Assembly (NCBI RefSeq): GCF_009914755.1
Contig: NC_060943.1
Direction: 5' to 3' (one strand)
DNA length: 64,000 nt
Origin: the human T2T-CHM13v2.0 reference genome, Homo sapiens
The notes under the pieces: generated by a model
What the model saw: only the letters and a program-made list of their open reading frames with translations
Database searches by the model: none
Told to the model about the DNA's origin: nothing
Program-made: the position numbers and the translations under genes
Shown: one piece after another, positions 26,252 to 39,430 of the stretch
How positions within the stretch are numbered: the stretch's first letter is position 1
Layout of the letters: each line of letters starts with the position of its first letter

Positions 26252-29200
26252 AGGAAGCCCACAAGAATACCCCGAACAATGAAATCATCTAGGAATGTAA
26301 AAACAAGACTGTTCTCCAGTGCAGACCAGACTCAGATCCCAGTTCCCCAAACTCCCGCCAGCAAAGCAGAAAGACCATGGGATGGTGGGTGCCTGGATAT
26401 CATCCGCCAGCCTGACTTTATCTTCCAGCTTGTAGAAGACTGTAACTGCATTTCTTGTTTGAAAATGATCTGCTTTCTGGAGGGGGAAGTATACACCCAG
26501 CCAGCCAGCTCCATCCTGCCCAGCGAGGCTCGGGTATGGAGCTGAAGTCTATTTTCGTGCTCCTCTCAGTTCCCTATCTTTTTCTGCCTTAAAAAAATCC
26601 CCCTAGAGTTTCTACACACATAAGTTATTCAGATGCAAGCTTTTCTGGAATCCAGGGACGAAAGCCATGGCTTTGATAAATCATCTCCCTCCCGCTCCTC
26701 TGCGTCCACTTCATCCATCCTCTGAATGCAAACCGACAATGGAGAATTCGGTCATACGTTGGCTCAATCGAGAACAGGCACGCAGGATCCCTCCTTCCTG
26801 GCTGTCTGGGGACCCTACCATCTTTGGCCGAGTGAGTCGATGATAATACAAGACATCTGGGAGACAGGATGCATCTCCAAACAACGTGCTGGCGTCTCAC
26901 TCCCCACATGTGTTCTGAGGGCTCTGTTTCTGGCTCCTTCTGGGTAGCTTTGGGCCTGGGCTACCTGCCACCACTGGCCCACCCAGACCCTCCCTGGGCC
27001 CCATGGCAGGGACCTGCCAGCCCAGAGGCAGAAGGCCTCCAAGATGGGTCGGCCAGTGACGGAAGGCTTGGGAACAGTTTTCTGGGGGAAATGCTGCAAT
27101 GTTTATATGAGAGCCACTTTGGACTTGGTTTGCAGTTTCATTTGAATCTCCTGAGTAGTGGCACGGCTCTTAGCTGTTCAATCCAACAGTTTACACGCGC
27201 TCATATTCGGGGCTGCAGAAGCACTGCAGACTCCGATGTGCAGCTGCCCTGGTCAGTGTCCCAGGCCAGGCTGGGGGATTGCTGAGCAGCAGGAAGCCCT
27301 TGCTTCTCCTCAGTGTGAGACTGAAAGGGAGGCGTATGGGTCACTCTTCCCTTCATCTGCCCCAGTGGGCGGCCCCTGCAGACACGGTGGCGAGCTGTGG
27401 TCTCCAGGGTGCATGGGCCGGCTGCCTGCTCCCAGCCAGGCCTTCCGTGGAGTGCCAAGCTCCAAGCGTGGCCAGCAGGGACAAAGGCCACCACTCGGAG
27501 TCCCTGAGGCTCCCCGTGCCATGGCCTAACCCACCAAGGGGACCTCTCTCCAGTGCGTTCCTGGGCATCTCTGCCCCCTTTTCGTGTGACGGCCACTCCT
27601 CCAGGGCCTCGGCAGACAGGAAAGCTGCCCATGCCGCCAGCCCATGACAGCAGCAGCTTCTGGTCCCCAGAGCCAGCAATCCCTGGTGCACGCGGTGGGT
27701 GACGGGAGCAGCTGCGTCCTGTGGGCCTCCTGGGTGTCTGGAGGGAACTGGCATTGCCATTTTATGCATGACATGGACAGAGGCACGGCACCAGTGAGGG
27801 GCCCCGGGTCCCAGAAGAGCACTGTGGGGTGCCTCGTCCAGAGGTGGGTGAGACACAAGGACAGCTGCCAGGAAAGCACAGTGGGGTGAGGCCCGGGCGT
27901 CAGGGCAGTGGCCTTGGCAGGCGGGAGGGAGAGTCACACGCGCAGCACATGCTGTATTTTGCTTTTTTTGGTGACCAGTGTCTCATGATGTCTGGGAGCA
28001 CCCAGGATGTCTGGACAAGTGCTGTTCAAACTGTGGGTCATGACATCAGCTGAGGAGGGTGCAGCCACGAAGCACAAACAAGAGACAAACCGAAAACGCG
28101 TGGGCAGGTGTCTGCTCATAACCAGGCCTGTCCATGTGTATGAGGACGGGTGAGAATGGAGAGCACGCTCCTAACTGGGATGGGATGGGACGGCCATGCC
28201 TGTGGGTCTGGACCCTCCTGAGGGCGTTCTGTGGCCCCAAGAGCATGTCTTTAAGACCGCAGAGTGCTCAGGGCAGGGCTGGCTGGTGACAACAAGTCTC
28301 CCTCGGAGGAAACAGCAAGGTGGTGGGGGAGAGCTGGGCTGGGACAGGCAGCAGAGAGCAGGCCTGGGGGCAACGCTCTACCCTGGAGCTCACCAAAGCA
28401 TTGGGCCCCAGGTGGAGTGGGGCAAGGGGGTCCCCAGGAGCTTGTCACCCATGGGGTCCGCAGCGCGATGGTGGCAGACAGACTCAGGCTGAGTAGACAG
28501 CAGGAGTAGGCTGGCCGCATCCCAGGCTGCAGGGGCCATGTGAGGCCAAGGTGGCTGCTGAGGTCCTGGGTGAGCGGGTACCCCATGGCCTGCAGGGTCG
28601 AGGTCTCGCCATTATCTAGCCAGGGAAGGAGGGGAAGAGGGCACTGGTGGCTGCTGAGTGTGAGGGCTGGGACAGGTCTCTCCTCCTAGCCAGGCTGGCC
28701 ACCCACCCGCCATGCCCAGGAGCAACACAAAAGACCAGGCCCAGCAGGGGTGAGGCCTGGCCCATCGTCCTGAGACAACACTGCCCTCTTCTGGCCAGTG
28801 CTGGAAGGACAGGCTTGCTGCCCACCAGCTGCATCCCGACTGGGACAACCAAGGCCTGGGGCATCCTGGGACACGTGCTCTAGAAACTCTGCGAGGGGCC
28901 ACAGTAGATTAAGGCCCCCCTCCAACCCCCACCACCTGATCGGGAAGTGAGGGAGGCAGGAGGAGTGTCCCAGCTGCTTTCCCAACCAGAGCCCTCCACC
29001 TCTGCCCTGTGGGGTGAGCCTCTCCAGGACCTGGGGCGGCCTCAGGCCCGGAGTGCTGCAAGGGATGGTCCCTCTCTGGGCGCACTGCTTCCCAGAATCG
29101 TGGACCATGCGCCCCCTGCCCTAGCTGCGAAGCTTGCTGGCCTGCAGTGGCTCTGGTGCCCACAGCCCAGGCTGTTTGTGGAAGGAGGGGGCAGCACATG

Positions 29201-31158
29201 GGGGCTCAGAAGACGACCAGGAGAAGCAGGGGGATGAGTCCTGGCCACCTCTGTGCTCACACAAACCTGTTCGGGGCTGGAGTGAGTGGGGAGGGGTCTT
29301 CTGGGGCCTCCCACTTAGGAATGGCCTCCAGTGATCTCAGGCACCTCAATCTGTGTGAACATGTTGAAAGTGTTAATTAGCAAGTGTGCTGCGCTTTTGT
29401 AACCCTGTTCTTGAAGGTCTGCCTGAGGGGTTTAAAAAGGAAAACAAAAAAAGCAGCGAATGGCCCCTCTGGTACAGTGACTTGGAGATGGGGTTCATGG
29501 CGAACCCCAGGATCACAGCGGGAAAAGACTCTGAGAACAACAGCAAAACCCCCGGAGGCTTGACGGCTACAGGCCCCACATGGGGCCGCTTGGCTCTGAA
29601 CCAGGCTGAGGGTGTATGCAGCCACCACAAAGTCCCGTCCCTCACCCCTGCGTGCATGCGAGTGGGTGTGGTGGCATCACACCCAGAGAAGCGGGAAGGG
29701 GCCCGGGGGTGGCTGGCTGGGGGTGAGGGACGGCCCTCAGGAAGTCTGTCTCAGTCCTTGGCTGACAAGCCTGACCTGAAGCAGGAACCAGGGTGTCTGG
29801 TTCATAGGCCCTCTTGGACCATGACTGTGGCCAACAGTGGACTCAGCCTAGCTCCAGGGAAGCTGCTGGAAGGGTAAGGACGGAGCAGTAGGAGGGGGGC
29901 CTAGCCAGCCCCAAACCCCGCTTGATGTACACATCATGGAGGACACTTTTGGGTCGAAGACACGGAACAGGACAACCAGGGGACGGGAGCTGTCTGAGAA
30001 TAAACCAGGCCTGGCCTGAGCTCTGCCTGTGGCTCCCACCTCCAGCCTGTGCTGCAGAACCAGCTGCTGGAAGTGGGCATCAGGGCCTGGCCTGCCCAGC
30101 TCGGTGAGGACACCGGGCCTGCTGCTCTTGCCCGAAGAGGGCCCACGCTGTGCCAGGTGGCCACTGCGAGAGAGGGAGGCAGGGGCTTACACTGTGATCA
30201 TTGCAACGCAGCACAGCCTCGGTCAGTTCCCTGTGTGTGTATCCATGTGTGTGCGTGTTGGGGGAGTGCTCATATCTGGGACTGTGGAGAGAGGGATGGA
30301 AAAGGCTGGCCTCCTCTTAGTACCCCCCACCCTTCTGCAGTACAGCTGTATAATCTGGCTGCCCTGGACCAGCTCTGATTCCCCACAAAATCCCATTCCT
30401 AGAAGCTAAAATATCTCTGGGGTGTCTTCCCCCAGTCAAAGGACTAAAACCCAGAGCAGGCCATTGCAGCAGGCGCACTGCTCTGGGAGGCGCTCGGCTT
30501 CGGGGGAATTCTACGCTGGGCTCATGCTTTAGTTTCATACCTTAGGATGAAGCATCGTGGCTTTCATGTTGGGATAACAGACTGATTTATTATTTACCGA
30601 ACGCAGTAGGCGCTCGGCAGATCAATTTCAATACAACAATGGACTATAAATGCCACCAGCAATCTGGCAGTAGCAGTAATCAACAAAACATGTTGTTCTA
30701 AATGCTGCATAATAAATTGACTACAATAAACTCATAATTACTCTACTGGCTACATTTCAAAGTTAGCACTAGAAAAATCAAATCACCAATTTGGACTTGG
30801 CATTAACATCCTCGGATCACTCCTGCCTCTACAGCTGCAGCTGGGAGATGCAGGTGCCATGTGCTGTCCCGGAGGGCCGAGGCCACAGCATCTGGGATTA
30901 TGCCAGGACCCTCTCCGGGGCAGATAAAGAGGGTCATAAAGGAGCAGTCACTTCTTCTGGGGTGTGCTGAGCCCACAGAGGAGAAAAGCTCATGGCCACG
31001 TGGCTCTGGCACAGGGCTCTCCAGCCACCCAGAAGTGCCCCCTGGACTGTGGGGACCCACTGATGTGGCCTCTGCCGTGAGACTGGGTTCCCATGTCCTG
31101 TCCTCCAGGCCCAGCCAGAATGGGCTACAGGGTTAAAGAGCTTTAGAAAAGGTTTCAG

Positions 31159-31530
<372 letters not shown>

Positions 31531-33443
31531 CTAGTCCCCTGCTGAGCCAAGTCTGAGTTTGCCAATTCTTTCCCCAAGTGCCTCTGGCCTCACACCTGGG
31601 CCTGGTGCCCTCCTTGTGTCTGAGTTCCTTGGCCCACACATGGGGTGAGGTGCCTACATCGCAGGATCAGGGCGAGGAGTGGGTGAGAAAATCCACAGAG
31701 ACCCAGAAGAAGGGCCCAGTCACCTTGTGGCCCCAGGCATGTAGGAGGAAAGCTGAGCTCCGCTCTGACCCTCCCAGCCCCGAGCACGGTGGCTACGCAG
31801 GGGGGACTGGGGACTCGCCCACCATTTGTGGGGCTCACTGTGGTGCCAGAGTGAACCAGGATCCGTGGAGCCAGTGCTGTCGGGTAGGCCAGGGAGTCCA
31901 CTAAGGCCCAGCGCGCAGTGGGTGGCGGTTCCACTGGCCTGCCTCCGCTTGCACCCTCAACCTGCCGTGTTCCTAACACAGCCCTACTGTGGCGGCATAT
32001 GCTGGCCCCACCCAAGGTCTGAGCTGAGCTCCTGCCAGCATGGCCTGAGCTGGAACAGCTCATCAGCTATGGACCTGGGTGAGCGGGGAGCCCGGGCAGT
32101 CTCAGTAGGCCATGTGCCCAAGGGCAGGGAGGACCCCGAGACTGAGTGTGTTCCTGCAAATACTCGGCCCTGACAGCTCAACGCTCGGCAGCTCTCTGGG
32201 CAGCTGGTTGTCTGTCCATAGGTCTGGGCATGTGTGTTCCTGTCCTTCAGTGGGCATGGCTGGGGACTCTGGGGGGTGGGCTCCCACGACTACCTGCTGT
32301 AGGGTGAGGCGGGGTCCAGGCCGGTGAGCAGCCATCATGGGAACTCCCGCTGGAGGAGCTGGCACATTGGGGTGGCTCCTCGATGGGAAGGCGGAGGCAG
32401 CCCAGCTGGGCGCCACGCAGGCCTCAGAGGACATGCCATGCTGCTGGGGGGCAGAGGGCTCTGCAGGAGGCTTGTTCGGGTGCATCTGCCATAGAAGAAA
32501 GGGCACCAAAGAACTGGGAGGGACAAGGCACATCCTCTGCTAGTCAGTGACCACAGTGAAATGTCTGGAGGCCAAGACAGGGCCTGCGTGGCTGTGGCTG
32601 AGCCCCAGGGCTCCAGCACTGGGGTAGCTCTCAGGAGCTCTGCACTGCCTGGGCTGGCCCTGGCTGACATCTGACGTGCAGGGCACAGGCAAAGAACGCG
32701 GAGGGACTGAGCAGAGGCCAGGCTGCAAGTACTCACACACCTCCTCCCTGCCCCGGGGCAGCGGCCCAGCTGCTCTGCCCTGCACACTGAGGGGCTGTGG
32801 GTAGGACTGCAAGTCCTCCAATGAGAGAAAAGACTACCCGAGGGGCGGAGGCCGCAGGGCCTGCCCACATCTCCTTGTCGTGGCTTCTATGAAGAACTGT
32901 GAGCACGGCACATCGTGCTCAGGAAAGCCCTGCACGCAGCCACGGGTCAGCACTGCTGACTTGCTGAACGCAGGGCCGCAGAGGCCACGGGCTCCTGCAG
33001 CAGGAGGATGGCAGGTTTCAGAGCGTGGGAGGCTCCCTGCGGTCTTCCCAGCTCCAGACCAAGAGGCCTGCCCTCCTGGCACCAAGACAGAAAGATGCGA
33101 GCGTGGTGCCCCCTGAACGGAGAGGACAGCCTGGACAGAGGCTGGGGATGGTTCAGGCCCCCTCAGAGAGCCCACAATCCCATGGCCCACAGGAAACCAT
33201 CGGGGGCCCCTCTCCTGCACCCTCTCTCTCAGTGCTCCCTGGGGGGTGCAGGCTTTTGGCCCTGGAGAAGGCACCACGCAGGCCGATAGCCTTGGCAGAG
33301 AAGTCTGGGCCAAGAAGCCCAGGGACTTGCTGTGGTCAGCCCTCTCAGGACAGGGACCCAGAGGCTTCTGGGCCATCTTGAAGTTGAGTCCAACCTTGGC
33401 CTGGCTGTTCACACACAGAGCCAGGGCCGCTGGCCCTACTTAC

Positions 33444-33521
33444 CACATATCCCCATTCTGGATCGTTCGGTCGTTGGGAGCTCCGGCGTGTCCGTAGTGT
33501 AGCACGGCTGAGTTCTCACCA
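33444..33521 (-). CDS. PEPD: Prolidase exon 11 (78 nt)
   Basis: [25 protein letters not shown](C); H255; ttgcag acceptor, gtaagt donor. Confidence 0.96.
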
Positions 33522-33805
33522 CTGCAAAGAGCCGGGGGAGGGTGATCAAAGCCCATTCTTCTGCAGCAGGCTCTGAAGGAGGGGGTGGATGCTCGATCCC
33601 CTGCCCATGAGCAGCACTGTCCCCACCTCCAGCACAGGCCCAGGCGTGGCTGGACCAGGTCCACAGCCAGAGGTAAGGCCGGGGGACATGGTGGCCCTGT
33701 CACCCCGCAGTCACATGGCTGGCAACCAGCCTCAGTCTGCAGGCAGAGCCTCCTGGCTGAAGGCGTCGTTAGGCGGCTGCCCTCTGGGCTGGGATGTGGG
33801 CATCA

Positions 33806-34141
<336 letters not shown>

Positions 34142-35345
34142 GGGGAACAGCAGTTCCTGGGCCTGGAGAAGGGCCCTACGGAACCCCTCCTTTCCTGGTG
34201 GCCAAAGGGGAGAGGGCCTCTATGGAAAGGGCCCCGGCTGTCCTGGAGCTGCCCTGGCGTCCTGACCAGGCTGGAGAGAGAGGAAACCAAGAGGATCCTC
34301 GCTCCTCTGCCTGAGAAGGCTTCCCTAATGAGCGATGCCTTTAAGAAAAAAAGGACTTTTAAGTCTGTCCAAAGGGGGGAAGGAAACCCCCACCTGGGTG
34401 TAATATTTATGGCCCTGCTCAGGAGTCTTGGGAATCATAAAAGTAGAAATAATGGTTTTCTCTCCATCCACCAGAGAAGAACATTTCCAAGGACTGAGAT
34501 TTCACATGTATTATTCATGTGCCGGGGACGTGCGCATTGGCAGAGCTGCCTGGCTCCATCCTGGCCGGGCAGGGGCCAGACCCGAGGGGCAGAGAGCAGG
34601 GAGACTGGCTGGGAGAGCGCAGGAGACGAGGGGGCCACGCCCACAGCCAGGACGCATGTGGGGGCAGACACACCCCAAGGGACACATGCCGCTGTGCATG
34701 GCCCACACAGCATGGCAATGATCCCATATCACTGTCATTTCTACCATGTGTGTGCCTCCAAGCACACCCAGCCAGGTGTTGATGGCACACACCCAAGCGC
34801 ACACACCCACACAGAGCCCTGCCCCTCGGCACCATGTGCCACGAGCAGGCACACCAACAGTGACATGCACACCCACATACAGCAGCACTGGTCCCCACGC
34901 AGCCACACCCACATAGACACACCACCACCACTTTCTGCACTGACCCTTCCACACTCCACCCCTGCTGCACACAGAAGCTGCCCAGCCTGAGCTCACAGCC
35001 CGGTCCCCACATGCTGTGTGTGTGCCCGTGTGGAGGAGTGGCCTTCCTGTGCTTAGCTGCTGTGCTGACCAGCTGGGGACAGGAGGGAGGGGACGCCAAG
35101 CAGCCCCTCTGCAGTGGGCAGGCCATGCTCCCTCCTTCACCCAGTGCCAGGTCCTGCAGGCAGAGGCCACCTCAGCTCCGGGAGTCTTGGGAGGGAGGAG
35201 CGACTTCCAAGCTTGGGCCGGGCGCTGGTGTGGGCGTGTGAGTGAGCAAGTGTGGCTGAGCTGGGGGATGGTGGAGCCCCCCACTCACTAACTGCCCTAC
35301 CTCCTCCCACTGGTCACCCCCAGGGGAGCCAGGGTGCCCCGCTTA

Positions 35346-35567
<222 letters not shown>

Positions 35568-37161
35568 TTACAGCCTGGGGGTCAGTCATAGGCTGCAGAA
35601 TCTCAGAGGCCAGTGTGGAGTGACAGAGAAGCTGGGGGCCCAGCAGGGCGCAGCCACCTGCCAGAGGAGCTCGCCAGCCTCCACTGACTGCCATGGCGAG
35701 TGGCTTCCCAGGCACATCAGGACAGATGGGACTCCTGGAGCCTGCGCCCTGTGGGAAGCCGGGCTGGGGCAGAGGCCACACATTTCTGCAGAGCTGGAGG
35801 AAGTGATTCCCTGTGACTCCGTGCCCAGAGGCCACCACCCACCCTGCCAGGAGGGGCTGGATCTACGGCCTGCGCTCACCCGGGGAGAGGGCACAGGAGC
35901 TATGGGCAGAAGGGGCAAGGGACAGGCCTCCTGCAGGTGGGGCAGGGCAGGGTGGTCTCCAGGGATGTGGGAGAGGCAAGGCCTGGGGCACACATCCTGC
36001 TTCTCCCTCCTTGGAACGAGCTGCCTGCTGGCTGGGCCCACTCTACAAGCTCCCACCCTGAGCGGGTAGGGCCACAGCCAAGTCTGGAGAGAAAGACAAG
36101 CCCTGGCCCCAGGCTAAGCCCAGAACCTGCACCGGGGAGGCCTCTAGGATGGCGGATGGTAGCACAGTCACTGCATGGATCTTTGAGCTCCAAGGGACTG
36201 AGCCATTCTGCCTTGGTCTTCCTCTACTGAACCCAGCTGGTGAGGGGTGTGGTCGTGGGGAGCTGCCCTCACCCCCTCCCTGAGGCCTCGGCAACAGCTT
36301 TCCTGCCGGACCACAGCTGGTCCACCTGCCACCACGTGAGACAGGCCCAGGTGGCCCCCACCCGCCCACCCCCGACCAGGGCAGTCGTTGCGGCCGCCCA
36401 AGGGCACGCCACATGGCGGTCCTGCCCTGCACGTTCCAGGCCTGCCTTAGAGAACGTCCATACGAGGGAGTTTCATCTTCTAGGCACTGTCAACACAAAT
36501 TATGTATAATTGTCATGATTGGATATTAAGCAGTTGTTATGCAGGAACGGCTGTGGTAGATTCAATGGGCTTTCAGACTTGCCTTCCAAACCTCACAGGA
36601 TAATTGGGTATCTGCGAGTGAAATATTTCCTGAAAAGAAAGGATTTCAGGAGCTGCCAGGGAAGCAAGAAAGCCACATGCTCCTCTCCTCAGCCGCCCCC
36701 GTATTCGTGGTGCAAGCGCTCAGGAGGCCGCTTCCACCTCGCTCCTGGGAGTCTCAGCGCTGAGTTTCGCCACAGTCCAGGCACGTTCCTACCAAGGCAG
36801 GCAAGGGCAGTGCCCCACATGGCAAGCCCTGTGCGCCAGGCCAGACAGGCGGCCTCAGAAGCCACTTCACACCTCTGTGGCGCCCTCCCAGAAAGCCCGA
36901 GAAGAGGCCTGACCCACGCCGTGGAACAGGGGTGCTCCCTTGGCTTTGTGAGATGTGGTCCTGCACCGACAGAAGTGAACCTCAGAGGCCACATGGTCAT
37001 TCTCGACGTGATGGCGACAGCGGACCTCTGTGGGACAAGTGACCTGCAGACAACCACGGGCTGCGCTGGGACTGGCCGGCTTCAGAAAAGACAGGCAGAG
37101 GGACAGAGATGCCATCCGCATGTGCAGAGGAACTCACATATTCTACAAGAAAGGAGCGGCA

Positions 37162-37312
37162 GGCCGGGCGCAGTGGCTCACACTTGTCATCCCAGCACTT
37201 TGGGAGGCCAAGGTTGGAGGACTGCTTGAGGCCGGGAGTTCAAGACCAGCCTGGGCAACACAGCAAGACCCCAGCTCTCAAAAAATCAATCAATCAATCA
37301 ATACAAGAAAAA
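37162..37312 (+). mobile_element. Alu left monomer (FLAM-like) with (TCAA)n tail
   Basis: ggccgggcgcagtggctcac...gcaagacccc...aaaaaatcaatcaatcaatc. Confidence 0.88.
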
Positions 37313-39264
37313 AACATCAGAAAGGGGAGGCAGTGAGGAAACTTGGCTCTCTCGCCTGCAGCAAGCTTCCCCCTGCATAACCCACTCAGTGGAGACAACT
37401 GTCTTTGAATGCCTTTGCTGCTTTTTAAGAAAAAAATAGTGCCTTCAAGAAGGCACAGCTCACAGAAGCATCAAACTAAAGAAAGGCTGACCCAGTTTTC
37501 ACCTGCAAAGTGCAGCCCGACACTGGTCACCTTTGCCGGCCACGTTGACAACTCCACACACTGTTCCATAGGAAGGAGTTGAAAAGAGGAGGAGCACCAC
37601 GTGCTGGATATTCACGCCCGCCTAAAAAAGGCTGAAATGCTTCACAGTGGACTTCAGTCCTGAATTTTGTTTTAAATGACCTTTTCTGACGCAACTTGAG
37701 GACACACTGGTGCTTTGGTGGCAATAACAGGTGGGCAAAACGAGCCCACATTTTCTGCAGACTTTAGGCTTGGGGTGTGGACGCACAAGGGCACCCAAGT
37801 TCTGGGCAGCTGTGGCGGCACAGGGGGCCTGTGGAAGCGTGTGAGCCCGGCGCGGCACAGTTCTGATCTTCAAGCGGTGAGCACTGAGGGGTGGACATTC
37901 CAAACTGGGGCCCATGCTTGATGTGGACGCAACGTGTGCCCCCGCACAGCTGGGCCAGAGCTTGGCAAGTGGTGCTGGGATGACCAGGAGCAAGTGTGGG
38001 CTATGAGGACAGGCTAACAGCCTGTCCCGTGGATGACCGACATGCCATGGCAGTGGCAGCATCACAACTCCTCCAAGTGCGAGGCAGGAGGGGTCCAGCC
38101 AAGTCATCCCTGGAGCAGGCTAGCTACTACCCACCCAAAATAATTAACACCTGGAACAGGCTCTCCAGCAGAGGGCAGCAGCCAGCAAGACAGGCAGGAG
38201 TGTCACCGCCCCACTGCGACCATCTCCATAGGCTCCTTCCATAAATTTATGACTCACATCGTGCAGCCCCGGACCAGCTGGGTCTAACAGCCCCTGCTCC
38301 CTCCTGCTCACCTGGAAGGCGGATGGGGTGGTACACACACCCCAGCCAGGCTCAAGCCCAGCGCGCACCTCCTCCCCAGCAGCAGGGAGGGGCTTCCTGA
38401 TCGGCTGAGAGGAGGCCGTGGTCTGCCTAAGTCCCAGCCAACGACATCCCGGCTGCTGTGTGGGCCCCGTTGTTTTTCCTTATGTGGCCATTCCTCTAAC
38501 ACCCTCACCTATAAATTTCTCCCAGGCAAGACTCGGGTAGAAGAGGCTTGTATCCAGGCATAAGTGAGAGAGCCCTTAAGCAACCTGGGGGAACTGCATG
38601 AGTGGTGAATAACGAGGTGGATGGAGTTACTGCAGTGTCAGTGGGGCAGGCACATCTGTCAGTGCCAGGAGATGACAAATGGGGCAGGAGCAGCAAGTTC
38701 CCAGACCCAGATCTGCAGGAATGGGGTCCCCAGAGACGGCGTCGCTGGGCCTCCCACTGGGACCCACAAATCCAGCCCGTGGAGCGCTCCCGGGCACACG
38801 GCCCAGCTCCTGCCCTCAGAAGTTTATCACCTAACATGAAGACGAGTCACAGTCCTATAAAAATGCTGCAGCTGCCCAGACAGCGGTAGAAGGGCTGCCT
38901 GGCAGCAAGTGTCGGCCAAGCTATGTGCCTCGAGCATAGGTGGGGTAGCGCCGAAGAGGTTAGTGAGGCAGTGTAAGGGGTGGCCCTGGCCACATCATTC
39001 CCTTTCCCCGGCTGGGCCTCAATGGATCTCAGGTACTCAAGAGGTGGAGAGGGGAGGCTGGGCCGGAAACAGAAGCTTGGGAGTGAAAATGCGCAGAGCT
39101 GGTGGAGCCCCCTCAGCTGGGCAGAGGGCTTAGGAAAGCAGGTAGTTGGGACATGGGGTTACAAACCTGAGGTGGGGAGGGTGTGTTCCGCACCCCGGTC
39201 CCTGTGCTGGGCTCCCTGCTCTGGGCCCCACATACCCAGCCTTCTGGGACTCAACACCAACCTC

Positions 39265-39430
39265 AAGGGCAAATCTTGGCTCTGCTGCTGGCCAGCTGAA
39301 TGGCCTCTCCGTGCCTCAGTTTCCTCATCTGTAAAATGGGGATGATAGCGGTGCCTCCCTCCCAGGGCTGCTATGCCAGTCGAATGATTTAACATACATG
39401 GAGTATACACAATGGTGCCTGGTACCCAAG
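39265..39430. mobile_element. MIR
   Basis: gtgcctcagtttcctcatctgtaaaatggggatgatag MIR core. Confidence 0.75.
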
